DNA from: Eledone cirrhosa
Taxonomy: Eukaryota
Reading direction: 5' to 3'
DNA length: 64,000 nt
Assembly: GCA_964016885.1 (NCBI GenBank)
Contig: OZ024741.1
Location: forward strand, 14,818,001 to 14,882,000
The stretch's first letter is position 1, and each line of letters begins with the position of its first letter. Positions 40,708 through 53,994 of the stretch are shown piece after piece. The position numbers were made by a program, and so were the translations under genes. Under the pieces are notes generated by a model. That model did not search any database, was not told where the DNA came from, and saw only the letters and a program-made list of their open reading frames with translations.

Positions 40708-40875
40708 TGCATGTGGGTGGTTGTCTGTCTGTATGCATGTATTTATGAATGAATGCCTGTATATGTAAATAAATACATGCATATATACATATATATGTAT
40801 ATGTACATATACAGGCATTCATTCATAAATACATGCATACATATATAAATACATATATAATGCATGCATATATAA

Positions 40876-40919
<44 letters not shown>

Positions 40920-40945
40920 CTGTATGTATGTATATATATATATAA

Positions 40946-41005
<60 letters not shown>

Positions 41006-41589
41006 GTGTAGGTATGTAGCTATAAATGCATTTCGGATTAATAGTTTAGCAGTTAGACGTGTGAAATATGTTGTAATGCATAAATTAGGTTATGAGAATA
41101 TTTCAACATTGTACCCTCCACATTCGACTATATTGCTCTATACCAGCCACCCGACCTTCAGCAATACACACCACCCCCTTAACTATATATCTCTCTTTAA
41201 AATTAACGTGTATATGGCCGAGCATTTTGCAGACACGTGCAAGCTTAACGTAGATATTTGGAGTTAGACCTCGGAAGGCCCGGGGAATTTCAGATTCGGA
41301 GGCGCCCCTCATGCACAAAAAATAAGAATACACAGCACCTCATCTCCACTAAGTTTACTTATCAAAGTTGACTTGGCACAAGTAATTGGAATTGAAAGGT
41401 TATATATATATATAGATATTAAATTCAAAATTTCTAACCCTGCTAAAACTAAAAATACTCACTGAGGGCACAAAAAAGATTCTACAGCCGTGTTTGGTGC
41501 CCTCCTCTTCTACTGCATGGGGCCTGGGGCACTTGTCACCGTTATCCGCTTCATTATATCCGGCTCTGTGTTAAGGTAGTTCTCATTTA

Positions 41590-41782
41590 TATATGACAAG
41601 GCTGACCCTTTGAAGTGTATGACAAGGCTGACCAAGGCTGAATTGACCGCTCGACTTAATTGCGAAATGAAACAACACGAAACACTGTGTCTTGGTCAAA
41701 GACACAGCGTTCGCCAGGGATCGAACTCGTGACGTCGCAACTGTGTTCCAAACACCCTAACCACTAAGCCACGGGCCTTCAC
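41590..41782 (-). mobile_element. tRNA-derived SINE, degraded
   Basis: Minus: gtggcttagtggttagg (A box) ... gagttcgatccc (B box), then tgtgtctttgaccaagacac. Confidence 0.65.
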
Positions 41783-42077
41783 AACCTACACAATTTATGC
41801 CAATATAAATCGTCATAAAAAATAGTCTTGACAGCTAACAATTCATTACACTCTATATTCTCCTTTGAATTAAATATATAACTAATTTGTGAATTAATCA
41901 TTAAGGCTTCAAAATTATAATTCTGTAGTAGTAGTAGTAGTAGTAGTAGTTGTTGGTGGTGGTATTGTTGTTGTTGTTGTTGTTGTTGTAGCTGCTGTTG
42001 TTGTTGTTTTTGTTGCTACTGCCGTTGCTGTTGTTTTTGCTTTGGAAAGGTTCTAAATATTGCTTTCTGATTTAGGT

Positions 42078-42350
42078 CCAGTGTATTACTGGTACTTTAT
42101 TTCTCGACCCTGTAAGGATTAAAGGCAAAGTTAACCTCGGCAGGATTTGAACTCAGATCGTAAAGGGCCGTAATTCTACGTCAAAGCATTTTGTCCGACG
42201 TTCTACTGATAATATTAACAATGTTTCATAGGAAATATTTTTGGATCGATTTGAGTTCAAATCCTACCGCGGTTAAGGGTCGATACGAAAAGTACCAGTA
42301 ATGCACTGGGGTAGATTTAATCGATTTTCTCTTCCCCCAAAATTGTTGGC
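42078..42350. mobile_element. Two Meta-like SINE fragments in opposite orientation (42078-42210 minus; 42250-42350 plus)
   Basis: ctggtactttatttctcgaccc..aaaggcaaagttaacctcggcaggatttgaactcag, and ttgagttcaaatcc..gggtcgata..agtaccagt. Confidence 0.65.
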
Positions 42351-42507
42351 CTTTTTTATTATAATTAATTATGTATGTATGTAATGTATTTACGTGTATA
42401 TATATGTATATATATATATATATTTATATATATACATATATATACATATACATGCATATATATATATATATATATATACATACATACATATATATATATG
42501 TATATAT

Positions 42508-42593
<86 letters not shown>

Positions 42594-42598
42594 ATATT

Positions 42599-42636
<38 letters not shown>

Positions 42637-42638
42637 CA

Positions 42639-42704
<66 letters not shown>

Positions 42705-42743
42705 CACATATATATGTATATATATATATATACACACACACAC

Positions 42744-42778
<35 letters not shown>

Positions 42779-42839
42779 GTATATATATATACATACACAT
42801 AAATATGTATATATATATATATACACACACACACACATA

Positions 42840-42877
<38 letters not shown>

Positions 42878-43211
42878 TATAAATTAATCCACACTTCATC
42901 TCCAGTCATCCTAGTTGTAGTTCTATTTCAATTTCTCCAGTATCATTTCTTTTCATTTCTATTAAGTCCCTGTGGAATTTTTTATAAACTGCTTTGGTTA
43001 ACTGTTTTATTTGTTTTATTTATAATTTGTTTTCTATCTCTAAGGTTTCAGATATTTTATTTTAGGGAGCTGTAAGGGGGTCAATTAGACTGAAGGCAAC
43101 AGTGACTATATACGTGTAGAATAACCGATAAATGATTTATTATACAGTAAATACAAATAAATATATAAGTAAATAAATGTTGATATTCTCTCTCTTTCAC
43201 TCACTGCCTTC

Positions 43212-43254
<43 letters not shown>

Positions 43255-43265
43255 TCTCTCTCTCC

Positions 43266-43326
<61 letters not shown>

Positions 43327-43334
43327 CATCTCTC

Positions 43335-43610
43335 ATTATTATAAGCAAATGGGGACCCACGTGCTGGCTGTCTCGCGGCCCCGTGGGACATAATAGAGAA
43401 GATATTTCTCGGAGGATGGGAAGGGAAACCCGTTGGAAGATCCACTCCAACTCGCGAGGTTCACATCTGCGGGTAGCCAACTCCGTGTTGATGGTAGTGA
43501 CTAGGGAGGTGGTCCTAGGGCCAAGGACACCAGAAGTTTCCACTGCTATGGGTTCGACCTCAAATCTGTCGGACAGCGACGATAGTTGGAGAGTAGAATG
43601 TAAGACTTTT
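43335..43610 (-). mobile_element. 3' fragment of a CRE-like non-LTR element (restriction-like endonuclease C-terminus)
   Basis: Minus translation LSDRFEVEPIAVETSGVLGPRTTSLV..ELATRRCEPRELEWIFQRVSL matches the P.AVET.G..GP...EPRE...FQR.S pattern; the 3' end abuts a (GA)n tract. Confidence 0.72.
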
Positions 43611-43716
43611 TGAAGGCTTTATGTCCAAATATGGCGAAAAAATAAAGTAATGGAAAAAATGAACTCGGCAGTGAAAAGCAATGGCATACCCTACAGTGAT
43701 GACTGTTAATGGTTCC

Positions 43717-44030
43717 CTGAAGGTATGGGCTTTGTGGTTAAGGTGTTCGATTCGCAATCATTACAACGTGCGTTCGATTCCAGTGGGGGAGTTGTCCCCT
43801 TGCGCAAGACACTTTATTTCAGGTTATTCCAGCAGATTTAGCTGCCAAACATTAGAAAGAGCCTGGTTTGTCATATACTGTGTCCTACTGTATCTCTCAG
43901 TGTGTTATATTAAGGGTACACGTGCCTATGAGAATACTCAGCCAATTGCACGTTAATTTCAAAAGCAGACAGTTCCTTTGTTTAAACAATACGAACACCC
44001 ATCGTCGCAAATGACGGAGGTCCAAGTATA
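43717..44030 (+). mobile_element. tRNA-derived SINE, degraded
   Basis: ggctttgtggttaagg (A-box-like), gcgttcgattcc (B box), then ttgtccccttgcgcaagacact. Confidence 0.6.
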
Positions 44031-44999
44031 AGAACAATAAGAAAAATAAACACTGATTCCAGAGAACCACCGATCGTAGTTCGAAGGGTAAGCATTATTT
44101 CCTCACAGCCACTCAGACCTGACTAAAGTTGTGTTTGTGTGTGAGTGTGTGGTTGGTGTCTCTGTGTGTGTGTCTGTGAGTGTGTGTTTGTATGAGTGCG
44201 TGTGAGTGTGTGTTTGAGTGTGTCTGAGTGTGTGTTTGAGTGTGTGTGTGTTTGTATCTGTTAATGCGTGTTTGAGTGTCTGTGTGTGTGTCTGTGTTAG
44301 TGTGTGTTTGTGTGTGGGTGTGTGGGTGGGTGTGTCTGTGTGTATATGTTAGTGTGTTTGTGTGTGTTTGTATGTGTGTGTGTGAGTGTGTGTCTGTGTG
44401 TATGTCTGTGTTAGTGTGTGTTTGTGTGTGTTTGTGTGAGTGTGTGTGTTTGTATGTGTGGTGTGTGTAAGTGTGTTATTGGGTGTGTCTGTGTTAGTGT
44501 GTGTGTGTGTGAGTGTGAGAATGTATATATGAAAGAGAAGAAGGTTACATGAGAGATAGGAAGAGAGTGAACAACTGTAAAACATGGAGTAAAACAAAAT
44601 GGAGGTTGCACTGAATATAATGTAGTGGAAAGGCTGCACATGCGCAATAGAAATAGAGGAAAATTGATTAAAAAAGGAAATAAAGAAGGGAGGATGTACG
44701 GAATGAAGGAGAGAGAATGGAAGGAAAGGAAAACAGAAGAAGACGAATGGTTAGAAGAGAATAGGTAAATGAAAGGGAGACGAATGGCCGAATGGACAGG
44801 GGTGCAATAGAGTAATAGGATGTATTGAGGTGTTATTAGCGGGGTTGTCGAATTTGATGGAAGCTAGAGTATAAAGATTATCCAAGGGAAAGGAATGGTC
44901 ATCCGTTGGTTTCGACGAGTGTTTTAATTGCTAAATCAACGAAACAACCAGATTATAAATTAACGTCTCATTAGATGAGTATTCCAGAGATAGAGGGGG

Positions 45000-45240
45000 G
45001 ATGTACCCTTTACGTAACTCTCAGGGAGATTCAGCGTCACACAGCATGTGTCAAGATTGGTGCTTTGAATTAAAAATAGAGTCAATCCGACGGGCTTCCA
45101 CACAGTTTACGTCGACCCAGTTTAATTCATAAAGCATATGTCGACCCGAGGTTATGGTAAACGATACTTGCCCAAGATACAACGCAGTAGAGTCGAACTT
45201 GAGACCTAATGTATCTGAAGCGAACTCCTTAACAATTTGG
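45000..45240 (-). mobile_element. Degraded SINE fragments
   Basis: cttgcccaag..cgcagt..gtcgaact (B box on the minus strand); gtaccctttacgtaactctcagg resembles the reverse complement of 43910-43940. Confidence 0.5.
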
Positions 45241-45289
45241 ACGTGCTATGTCCGAGTGAAGATAGTTAAACTGAGAGGCAGATTAGTAT

Positions 45290-46863
45290 CCGAGTAAGTG
45301 AGGTTTGTTGTGGTCAGTTTTAAGCCGAGTAAGTGAGGTTTGTTGTGGTCAGTTTTAAGCCGAGTAAGTGAGGTTTGTTGTGGTCAGTTTTAAGCCGAGT
45401 AAGTGAGGTTTGTTGTGGTCAGTTTTAAGCCGAGTAAGTGAGGTTTGTTGTGGTCAATTTTAAGCCGAGTAAGTGAGGTTTGTTGTGGTCAGTTTTAAGC
45501 CGAGTAAGTGAAGTTTGTTGTGGTCAGTTTTAAGCCGAGTAAGTGAGGTTTGTTGTGGTCAGTTTTAAGCCGAGTAAGTGAGGTTTGTTGTGGTCAGTTT
45601 TAAGCCGAGTAAGTGAGGTTTGTTGTGGTCAGTTTTAAGCCGAGTAAGTGAGGTTTGTTGTGGTCAGTTTTAAGCCGAGTAAGTGAAGTTTGTTGTGGTC
45701 AGTTTTAAGCCGAGTAAGTGAGGTTTGTTGTGGTCAGTTTTAAGCCGAGTAAGTGAGGTTTGTTGTGGTCAGTTTTAAGCCGAGTAAGTGAGATTTGTTG
45801 TGGTCAGTTTTAAGCCGAGTAAGTGAGGTTTGTTGTGGTCAGTTTTAAGCCGAGTAAGTGAGGTTTGTTGTGGTCAGTTTTAAGCCGAGTAAGTGAGGTT
45901 TGTTGTGGTCAGTTTTAAGCCGAGTAAGTGAGGTTTGTTGTGGTCAGTTTTAAGCCGAGTAAGTGAAGTTTGTTGTGGTCAGTTTTAAGCCGAGTAAGTG
46001 AGGTTTGTTGTGGTCAGTTTTAAGCCGAGTAAGTGAGGTTTGTTGTGGTCAGTTTTAAGCCGAGTAAGTGAAGTTTGTTGTGGTCAGTTTTAAGCCGAGT
46101 AAGTGAGGTTTGTTGTGGTCAGTTTTAAGCCGAGTAAGTGAGGTTTGTTGTGGTAATTTTTAAACCAAGTAAGTGAGGTTTGTTGTGGTCAGTTTTAAGC
46201 CGAGTAAGTGAGGTTTGTTGTGGTCAGTTTTAAGCCGAGTAAGTGAGGTTTGTTGTGGTCAGTTTTAAGCCGAGTAAGTGAGTTTCGTTGTGGTCAGTTT
46301 TAAGCCGAGTAAGTGAGGTTTGTTGTGGTCAGTTTTAAGCCGAGTAAGTGAGTTTCGTTGTGGTCAGTTTTAAGCCGAGTAAGTGAAGTTTGTTGTGGTC
46401 AGTTTTAAGCCGAGTAAGTGAGGTTTGTTGTGGTCAGTTTTAAGCCGAGTAAGTGAGGTTTGTTGTGGTCAGTTTTAAGCCGAGTAAGTGAGTTTCGTTG
46501 TGGTCAGTTTTTAGCCGAGTAAGTGAGGTTTGTTGTGGTCAGTTTTAAGCCGAATAAGTGAAGTTTGTTGTGGTCGGTTTTAAGCCGAGTAAGTGAGTTT
46601 CGTTGTGGTCAGTTTTAAGCCGAGTAAGTGAGTTTTGTTGTGGTCAATATTAAGCCGAGTAAGTGAGTTTCGTTGTGGTCAGTTTTAAGCCGAGTAAGTG
46701 AGTTTCGTTGTGGTCAGTTTTAAGCCGAGTAAGTGAGGTTTGTTGTGGTCAGTTTTAAGCCGAGTAAGTGAGTTTCGTTGTGGTCAGTTTTAAGCCGAGT
46801 AAGTGAAGTTTGTTGTGGTCAGTTTTAAGCCGAGTAAGGGAGGTTTGTTGTGGTCAGTTTTAA
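45290..46863. repeat. 35-bp minisatellite, about 45 copies
   Basis: Unit ccgagtaagtgaggtttgttgtggtcagttttaag, head-to-tail with no spacers. Confidence 0.97.
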
Positions 46864-46915
46864 GAGTAGCTGGGAAAACATATGTTGAATGAAAATTGAG
46901 TTAGCAAATTTTCCG

Positions 46916-47357
46916 TATTCTCGGGTCTGCAATAAACCCCACCCCCACCCGCTTATTAATTTTTCATATTTTTTCCTAAATAAAAACCAACCTATATGCG
47001 CATTCTCGGGTCTCAAATAATCGCCCCCCCCCCCCCATCCCCTGCTTATTAAATTTAGCTAGTCTACCTCTGGCGGAATTTTATTTTAAGTGGTAGCATC
47101 ATTCCTGCATCAATTAATTTTCTTGAGACATTAAAAAACATTATACATGACAAAAAATTAACATTTCTTGAAATCCCACACATTATAAAATAAATGGTAT
47201 GAGTTGGGGTTCTCAATATGTAAACTAAACGATTAATTCTGGTTTTCAAAATAAAAAATAAATCAACGGAGTTAACCTAGAAACATTACCGATTTCTTCA
47301 CCCCAGCCCTCACTTATTCAACTCCCCCACCCTCATATGATTTGGGACCCGAGAGTA
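46916..47357. mobile_element. MITE-like non-autonomous DNA transposon with a duplicated left end
   Basis: Left ends tattctcgggtct (46916) and attctcgggtctcaaat (47002) are inverted relative to the right end atttgggacccgagagta (47340-47357); TA at the termini. Confidence 0.65.
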
Positions 47358-48161
47358 GTTTAAGAATATAAAGTTTATTCGAGAGAATATTGCGTAAGAG
47401 AGAAACTGTGTATCGAAATAAATAAATAAAAGTTGAGAGAAAAATGGAGTTATCGAATTTGACGTCGTTTAAGAATGTGAAGATTATCCAAGTGAACAGA
47501 GTTGAAAGGAGAGGATGAAATATCGGAGTAAAGAAGTTCCAGACAGAAAGGCTTAAGAGGAGCCATGTGAATGGGAGCAGGTGGGTGAAAAGAGTTATCG
47601 AACTTGACGGAGTTTAAGGATGTAGACGTTATCCAAGTGAATGGAGTTTAGAGGCAGGAAGGAAATAAATATCGGAATAGACGAGGTTTCTCGAATGGTG
47701 GAGTTTAAGAGAAGCTGAGTGGATGGGTGTAAGTTTCTGGAGAGTGAGGGAGAGAGGAGACAGATACAGGGAGTGAAAGAGAGAGAGAGACGAGACGAGA
47801 CAGAGAAAGAAAATGAGAAATCGTGCATATATGTGAGGCAGAGAGAGAAAGAGAGGGTGTGAGAGGGAGTGAGGGGGAGTGAGGGGGATGGGGAGGGAGG
47901 GAAGGAGAATGTCGGCGTAATATTAGCGGAGTGAGTGAAGGTTTTGTTAAAGAAAAAAGATTTAAGAGATATTTTGTCAACGAATGAATTAGTTTATTTT
48001 TATGAGATGCGGAAGAGTTGGCAGTGAATTTCAGCCTAATTGAATTTGTTTTATGGGTATTGGCCAGTGTTCACTGAGAAATGTAACCAGACATTGTAGC
48101 TTCGCTATTACAAATTGAACACATGTCATTAAAAAGTTCCATCTCACACACACACGCACAC

Positions 48162-48206
<45 letters not shown>

Positions 48207-48436
48207 CATATACACACCATCTCACACACACACACATACACACACATATATATAGACATATACACACCATCTCACACACACATACACACACATACACATA
48301 TATATATATATATATATAGACATATACAGACCATCTCACACACACACGCATCTATATATATATAGACATATATATATAGACATAGACACACCATCACACA
48401 TATACATACCATCTCATACACACACACATACACACA

Positions 48437-48484
<48 letters not shown>

Positions 48485-48636
48485 ATAACACACACAAACA
48501 CAACCACATAGTCCTCTTTCTCTCTCAGCCCCTTCTGTCCACAGTCAACATCAAGAAGGAACTTTTAGAAAATCAATCTTCACTAGACACCGACTGTCTT
48601 TCTTCCTTTCTTTCTTTCTGTCTGTCTGTCTATCTG

Positions 48637-48706
<70 letters not shown>

Positions 48707-48708
<2 letters not shown>

Positions 48709-48885
48709 ATATTAACAAATGGAAACTATATTTATAAAACCATATCTATTTTATTATACATATTTCAAGGATACCATGTTAAATCATGGTATGCCTTCAT
48801 CAGACAAAATACAATATATACCAGTTTTATAAATAAATATTGACATACCCTTTCAAAATGCAACAGTTACTTTTGAAAGACATCA
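48707..48885 (-). mobile_element. Family 2 arm with hammerhead motif at 48747-48811
   Basis: Minus: tattttgt CTGATGA aggcataccatg..catggtatcctt GAAA t atgt a TA ataaaata. Confidence 0.75.
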
Positions 48886-48902
48886 GGATATATATATATG
48901 AA

Positions 48903-48948
<46 letters not shown>

Positions 48949-48954
48949 CGTGTG

Positions 48955-49003
<49 letters not shown>

Positions 49004-49108
49004 ATATATATGTATGTATGTATATATATATATATATGTATATATATATGTATGTATATATGTATATATATATGTGTGTGTATGTGCGTATGTATGTATG
49101 CATATATA

Positions 49109-49679
49109 TACTGGTAACATGTATCCCAGTACAACCTATCCAATGGTCGGGTCGTTGGCGACTAAACTGGCAACCCCACCAAGGTGTCTTGGTGAGGAGG
49201 GTGACTTTGGACATCCTGCAGGACTAAAAACAAAACCTGTCAAAGGGCAAAAGAGCTCTTAAGAGTCAATGGCCATCCAAAATCACCGGGAGAGATGACT
49301 CCTTAGCCTTTGTCAAGGCAGAATTCTAGGAGAAGGAAAACTCTGATATAAGACCTGCAACTCTGATGGTATACAATGATGTTGACTTGTTCTTCTTTTT
49401 GGTAAATATCATCTTGGTTAAGAGAATGGGACTGGCTTTGTGCAGTGCCTTTGCTCACTATAAAAGCTTCACGGCACAGGCATTGCTTTATATCTGGAGA
49501 TCTCTCTGCACTTGTCGTCACATGGTACCATGGGCCCAGCACTATGTGTCAATAATTGTCACAAGTGTAGTGTTTGTACCAGAGTTTTCAAGTCGCTGGC
49601 TGGACAAAAAAGTCACACTCGTTCAGCGCTACATGGATATAAAGTAGTGGCCGTACTCGAAAACGAGTTGGCAGCCACC

Positions 49680-49681
<2 letters not shown>
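49109..49681 (+). mobile_element. Bipartite non-autonomous RTE-type element, second copy
   Basis: Matches the reverse complement of 39508-40100; ends in (TA)n. Confidence 0.75.
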
Positions 49682-49770
<89 letters not shown>

Positions 49771-49773
49771 TAC

Positions 49774-49819
<46 letters not shown>

Positions 49820-49835
49820 ATATATACATATATAT

Positions 49836-49890
<55 letters not shown>

Positions 49891-49895
<5 letters not shown>

Positions 49896-50428
49896 AAGTT
49901 AAATAAAAGTCAAATTATTAAAATTTAGCTTCGTTTATTACTGCTATGTATATTTCAGTGACAGCCATCTTTGGCTGTGACCTCTTCAGGCAGTTTGAAT
50001 TAGTATGGTATAGACAAGTACATATGTTGTTTAGGTGTATGATATTGTCAATACTCTGATATGCCCAGTTCCTTGTTGGGTTGTTAATTCACTGGGGAAT
50101 ATGACTGGATATGACTCCAGTTCCCCAGTGAATTAACAACCCAACAAGGAACTGGGCATATCAGAGTATTGACAATATCATACACCTAAACAACATATGT
50201 ACTTGTCTATACCATACTAATTCAAACTGCCTGAAGAGGTCACAGCCAAAGATGGCTGTCACTGAAATATATATAGCAGTAATAAACGAAGCTAAATTTT
50301 AATCATTTGACTTTTATTTAACTTTATTTTACACTACTCCGGAGTAACCAAACCAACCTGCGCACTTCGTCGAGTGCTCCAGCCTGCATACTGAGGTGTT
50401 GGTATACAACCAACATAAACTCAAAATC
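49891..50428 (+). mobile_element. Family 4 fold-back element: about 210-bp inverted arms plus a 100-nt tail
   Basis: 49891-50099 is the near-perfect reverse complement of 50121-50328; tail actccgg...gtcgagtgct. Confidence 0.9.
50226..50280 (+). ncRNA. Minimal type I hammerhead ribozyme motif (mirror copy on the minus strand at 49940-49994)
   Basis: actgc CTGAAGA ggt-c-acagcca aaga tggctgt-c-act GAAA t atat a TA gcagt. Confidence 0.85.
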
Positions 50429-50452
50429 TATATATATATATATATATATATA

Positions 50453-50912
50453 CGATATTAAACAAGTGGAAACTATATTTATAAAACCATATTTATTTCG
50501 TTATATATATTTCAGGGATATCATATTAAAAATATGGTATGCCTTCCTCAGACAAAATACAATACATAAGCTGTTTTATAAATAATTTTTGACATACCTT
50601 ATAAATAATGCAACTTCCATTTAAAAAGTTGATTTGGTAGAATCAACTTTTTAAATGGAAGTTGCATTATTTATAAGGTATGTCAAAAATGATTTATAAA
50701 ACAGCTTATGTATTGTATTTTGTCTGAGGAAGGCATACCATATTTTTAATATGATATCCCTGAAATATATATAACGAAATAAATATGGTTTTATAAATAT
50801 AGTTTCCATTTGTTTAATATCGTAAACCTACTCCAGAAATTGTTGAGTGCTTTTATATCAGTTATAAAATATTTACTCGTTGTAACCCAACAATCTTAAA
50901 TAAAACTTTTGC
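50453..50912 (+). mobile_element. Family 2 full fold-back element; hammerheads at 50716-50781 (+) and 50494-50559 (-)
   Basis: Palindrome centred near 50638 with arms of about 180 bp; tattttgt CTGAGGA..GAAA t atat a TA acgaaata; tail actccag...gttgagtgct. Confidence 0.88.
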
Positions 50913-50934
50913 ATATATATATATATATATATTT

Positions 50935-51452
50935 TAAGCTAACTCCAACAACAACACTACCAACACAAGTATTGAGGTCAGATATACCTAACAATAACAA
51001 GAACAACAACTACAAATTGGCTTGCCTCACAACGAATTTCTATAGACTTTTGAATGAGGAATGTTCTAACAACTGACCAATGAGAGGAGAAGAGGCCCTT
51101 TGACACTGAAATTCGTTTGTTTGAATTCATATGATTCCAGTTCCTCAGTGAAATAACAACCCAACCAGGAACTGGGCATATCAGAGTATTGACAAAATTA
51201 TACACCTAAACAACATGTGTACTCGTCTCTACCACACTAATTCGGACTGCCTGAAGAGGTCACAGCCAAAGATGGCTGTCACCGAAATATATATAGCAGT
51301 AATAAACGAAGCTAAATTTTAAACATTTGACTTATTTATTTTACTTTATTTTACATTACTCCGGAGTAACCAAACCAACCTGCGCACTTCGTCGAGTGCT
51401 CCAGCCTGCATACTGAGGTGTTGGTATACAACCAACATATACTCAAAATCTC
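50935..51452 (+). mobile_element. Family 4 longer, non-folded copy with hammerhead at 51246-51300
   Basis: actgc CTGAAGA ggtcacagccaaagatggctgtcacc GAAA tatata TA gcagt; same tail as 50329-50428; degraded relative at about 57295-57490. Confidence 0.85.
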
Positions 51453-51723
51453 TATATATATATATATATACACACATACACAATATGCCCAAACACAGGT
51501 ACACGCAGCTATATATCCAATGCCATATTCCCTTCTAGAACCACAACCAGTATTGTTACAGCCCCCCCCACCCCCCCCACACACACACACACTAACAGCT
51601 TTATTGAGAAGCTTGGGAAACCATTCCGTTTCTAATTCTTTCATTTTGGCAGTAAATACCCAAACTAATAGATCTTAGAAACGGTGGTATTATCTCAGAC
51701 TTCCTTGGGTGATGAACATTTGA

Positions 51724-51974
<251 letters not shown>

Positions 51975-52092
51975 TGTGTGTGTGTGTGCGTAGAATTCCA
52001 TGTTGTATGAAGGTTACCCACAGTTAAAAAAATGTAATCAATACATTGGTAGAGGGGGTAGTTTTAATTATATATACAGAAATGACATCTTT

Positions 52093-52176
52093 AGGACTAG
52101 AACTGTTTCATTCATATGAAATCATCAGGATCCCTGATGATTTCATACGAATGAAACAGTTCTAGTCCTGTAGAAG
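52093..52176 (+). mobile_element. Family 5 short fold-back hammerhead element
   Basis: Palindrome centred near 52131; CTGATGA tttc atac gaat GAAA cag ttctagtc ctg TA gaag. Confidence 0.75.
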
Positions 52177-52258
52177 TTATTTAACTGTGTAATTTTGCTT
52201 CCTCTGTTTTGTTATTGTTTCATTCATTAACTAACTCACTCTCTCTCTCTCTCTCACA

Positions 52259-52360
<102 letters not shown>

Positions 52361-52376
52361 CTAATTTCTCGTTCTC

Positions 52377-52749
<373 letters not shown>

Positions 52750-53367
52750 AGAATCTAATCTGATTACAGTAAACATCACGGGCGCTCTATCTCAAAATTA
52801 TATTTGAAAAGCATTAGAAATGCGCAACCGGTAAAAACTTAAAATTAAACTGAATACTAACCAATACTTATTACTAATTTTTACTTATTCCTAATTAAAC
52901 TATTTTTCACTGGGAACAATTTGTCAGCATTTTCATTTCCTTTTACCAAAATATCACTACTCGTGTGTTACACCTCTATTCTTTTATATATATATATACA
53001 AATAAATTATCGAGAATCGGAATCTCGGCCCACGAAATAACGAAACACAATCTTCGAAAAGTGTGGCAAAGTGCTCAATAGTTTGAATAAACCAGAGCTA
53101 TAACTAACGTTTAAATACCAACACACTGAGATAATGCTTAAAATCATTCGCACAGCCGAAAAAACGACCAAGAAAATTCGGGTCAGACAAATAATAAATA
53201 TATGAATGAAAAATCTATGAATGAAGATATATATATATATATTTGGGTCTAACCGGCCAGGGAATCAACTGCTTATGGCCTGTGTTGATATATTTCTCTG
53301 TATATATATATAGTATCGAGTACTCTGGTGAGTAATTGTCTAACTGGTTTTTACCTCCTCCATTCTG

Positions 53368-53576
<209 letters not shown>

Positions 53577-53699
53577 ATATTTATTATATTTGCTCTACGG
53601 TTCTTATATATTTCATATATATTTATCCTTATCGAGCCCTCTTTTGATTTTAGTCTTCAAATTTATTATTATTACTATATATATATATATATATATATA

Positions 53700-53922
53700 T
53701 AACGAAGGAAATGTGGTAAGGAACCAGATGGACCATAACGCACCAAAGTACTCAATACTTAGGGTAGTAGTGTATATATATATAGTAGTATATATATATA
53801 TAGGAACGAGTAGGACCCCGACGGCTGCGCTCAAGCCGTTTCGACGGCTAATTCTGGACTAAATTTAGTCCAGAATTAGCCGTCGAAACGGCTTGAGCTC
53901 AGCCGTCGGGGTCCTACTCGTT

Positions 53923-53926
<4 letters not shown>
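53700..53926 (-). mobile_element. Family 1 fold-back element (gctaattctg subfamily)
   Basis: Palindrome centred near 53863 (ctggactaaatttagtccag). Confidence 0.85.

Positions 53927-53994
<68 letters not shown>

Noticed and set aside
40732-40838. Hairpin atgcatgtatttatgaatgaatgcctgtatatgta and its inverse
   Set aside because: A real inverted repeat, but built from low-complexity TA/CATA sequence with no ribozyme core or tail motif; not counted as a family or a miRNA.
41268-41548. Possible hAT-type MITE remnant (ends ..atatccggctctg)
   Set aside because: Only one plausible terminus was seen, with no matching TIR or target duplication.
41690-41782. A/B-box sequences as tRNA genes (also 43717-43785 and 7800-7835)
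   Set aside because: No complete cloverleaf could be drawn; where the context is clear they continue into SINE body sequence.
45290-46863. 35-bp repeat array as a CRISPR locus
   Set aside because: Units are head-to-tail without unique spacers, there are no cas genes, and the context is eukaryotic.
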